From Alphaproteobacteria bacterium (lineage in GTDB: Bacteria; Pseudomonadota; Alphaproteobacteria; GM7ARS4; G965262615), in assembly GCA_965262615.1 (NCBI GenBank), contig OZ253545.1:128001-192000 (forward strand): DNA of 64,000 nt. The letters are read 5' to 3'. Of this stretch, positions 62,212 to 64,000 are shown one piece after another (positions within the stretch are counted from its first letter, which is position 1; every line of letters starts with the position of its first letter). A model generated the notes under the pieces. The model had not been told where the DNA came from. It did no database searches and saw nothing but the letters and a program-made list of their open reading frames with translations. Made by a program: the position numbers and the translations under genes.

Positions 62212-63872
62212 GGAATTGTTGTTGGGTCTTGTAAATACTTCTCCAAATCAAAATCCTCTGGTGGGTCTTTTATTTCACTTGGTGACACATTGTCTTTGGT
62301 CAATTTCCAATCAATGCCATCTGTTAAAGCTTCAAAACTGGCTCTAATAATACTGACAGACACGCCCACTGTTTCCCAATGGTTACCATCTTCATCACGA
62401 AAGGCAATTGCCACTCTAGTGCGTGCTTGTGTTTGTGCTTCGGCATTGACAATCCGCACCTTGTAATCTTCCAATTTAATCTGCTTGACAGATTCATAAA
62501 CTTTAATAAGACCAGAATGGAGACAATTATACAACGCGTGCACGGGACCTTGTGCTCCACTATCGCTCCAAGATATTTGGCTACCACATAAAAATACCAT
62601 CCTTGCATTGCACCACATTTCATGGTCAGACGGTTCTTCATTCCAATAGTCGTCCACTGCTTGATAACGCAGAACTTTATAAAAAGGCTTGTATAAGCCA
62701 AAATTTTTGCGTGCCAGCATTTCAAAACTGGCAGCTGCACCATCATAGGTGTAGCCTTCATGTTCTCTGGATTTGACTAAATCAATGAATTCGTCCAGTC
62801 GCGCTGGGTTGATGTCATCAATTTCCAACTGTTTCAAGCGACTCTTCATGATACTGCGTCCTGCTTGTTGCGAGACAATCAATTGTCTTTCATTGCCCAC
62901 ATCACTTGGGTCAATGTGTTCGTAGGTGCTTGTCTTTTTGGCGATGGCTGAGCCGTGCAAGCCGCCTTTGTGAGCAAAGGATTGTTGTCCCACATAGGGG
63001 GCGCGCGCATACGGCGCGCGATTCAAAATATCGTCAACCTTGTGAGAGAGAACAGCCAGCTGTCGCAATCCCGCATCGTTAATGCTCGTCTTCATTCCCA
63101 TCTTAATCATGAGATTGGGAATGATGGTGATCAAATTGGCATTGCCGCATCGCTCGCCCAATCCGTTGAGTGTTCCTTGCACATGGCGCGCGCCTGCTCG
63201 CACCGCCGCCAGCGAATTCGCCACCGCCTGTCCGGTGTCATCGTGAGTGTGAATTCCCACCACGCAATTGGGATGTTGCGCCACCACCTGAGATGTGATT
63301 TGCTCCACCTCATCGCTCATTGTGCCGCCATTGGTGTCACAGAGCACCAACACCGATGCGCCGCCATCCACCGCCGCCTGCAAACATTGCATGGCGTATT
63401 GTTCGTTGTCCTTCGCGCCATCAAAAAAATGCTCGGCATCAAAAAACAGCTCGCGCTTTGGATTTTTTTTGTGCAAAAAGGCAAAAGAGTCTGCGATCAT
63501 GGCGAGGTTTTCTTCCGCCTTCACCCCCAGTGCATGAGTCACCTGAAACAAGGATGCCTTGCCCACCAGACATAGTGTTGTGACCCTGCTTTCATCCAAC
63601 TGACGCAATCCCTTGTCTTGTGCCGCCGACACATTGGCACGGCGCGTCATGCCAAAACAAGTCAAACGACTGCGCTTCAATGACGGCGGGGAGGCAAAAA
63701 ACTCCCCATCCAACGGATTAGACCCCGCAAAACCGCCCTCAATGTAATCAATGCCAAAGTCATCCAGCGCGGCGGCAATGGCGTGTTTATCCTGCAAAGA
63801 TAAATCCACCCCCGGTGTCTGCGCCCCATCACGCAAGGTGCTATCGTATAAGGTGACAAAATCATCACTCAT
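62208..63872 (-). CDS. cimA: citramalate synthase
   Basis: YDSTLRDGAQ, DAEHFFDG, GIHTHDD, GERCGNA, FAHKGGLH; regulatory domain DYKVRI..W.TVGVS. Confidence 0.93.
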   Translation of the reverse strand: MSDDFVTLYDSTLRDGAQTPGVDLSLQDKHAIAAALDDFGIDYIEGGFAGSNPLDGEFFASPPSLKRSRLTCFGMTRRANVSAAQDKGLRQLDESRVTTLCLVGKASLFQVTHALGVKAEENLAMIADSFAFLHKKNPKRELFFDAEHFFDGAKDNEQYAMQCLQAAVDGGASVLVLCDTNGGTMSDEVEQITSQVVAQHPNCVVGIHTHDDTGQAVANSLAAVRAGARHVQGTLNGLGERCGNANLITIIPNLMIKMGMKTSINDAGLRQLAVLSHKVDDILNRAPYARAPYVGQQSFAHKGGLHGSAIAKKTSTYEHIDPSDVGNERQLIVSQQAGRSIMKSRLKQLEIDDINPARLDEFIDLVKSREHEGYTYDGAAASFEMLARKNFGLYKPFYKVLRYQAVDDYWNEEPSDHEMWCNARMVFLCGSQISWSDSGAQGPVHALYNCLHSGLIKVYESVKQIKLEDYKVRIVNAEAQTQARTRVAIAFRDEDGNHWETVGVSVSIIRASFEALTDGIDWKLTKDNVSPSEIKDPPEDFDLEKYLQDPTTIP

Positions 63873-63877
63873 AATGA

Positions 63878-64000
63878 TTACTCATAATGACGCTTCCTCC
63901 TCCATTGAGTGTGTTTTCCCTTATCCTCTAAAACTATGCCTTGTTCAAGCAAAGAGTCTCTGATGGCATCGGCTGCCTGAAAATCACCGCTTGCGCGCGC
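63878..64000 (-). CDS. cysS: 3' end of cysteine--tRNA ligase (partial at window edge)
   Basis: ARASGDFQAADAIRDSLLEQGIVLEDK..TQWRR, the CysRS anticodon-binding tail; cysS-cimA synteny. Confidence 0.85.
   Translation of the reverse strand, partial: ARASGDFQAADAIRDSLLEQGIVLEDKGKHTQWRRKRHYE

Noticed and set aside
79-63963. Numerous antisense and alternate-frame ORFs in the six-frame track (e.g. 613-1218, 11755-12528, 25132-25953, 48446-49270)
   Set aside because: They shadow well-supported genes and show no recognisable motifs or independent start signals

Overview
Chromosomal segment of an alphaproteobacterium, inferred from gene order (sspB-fumC, carA/yqeY-dnaG-rpoD-tRNA-Ile2, DUF1013-DUF1467, proS-lolCE-lolD, cysS-cimA). 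It is mostly housekeeping genes: MoxR cluster, Met/Mo-cofactor/His/Tyr/Pro biosynthesis, uvrC, aspS, proS, rpsD, rpmE and two tRNAs. AT-richer accessory inserts with no visible mobility genes interrupt it: a small protein plus GHKL-ATPase pair at tRNA-Ile2, a GmrSD-type nuclease, a PD-(D/E)XK nuclease and a 530-aa orphan. The most unusual locus is 49.0-53.5 kb, a locally amplified and diversifying array of four HicB-like and three HicA-like genes. Two diverged paralogues with an RHH-like N-terminus and a SeqA-like C-terminus sit inside it, each directly after a hicB copy. The window also has two tandem pqqA genes with no pqqBCDE nearby, many short diverged tandem duplications (two create 5' leader ORFs), and many apparently leaderless promoters. 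All family calls are by eye from motifs; no searches were run.
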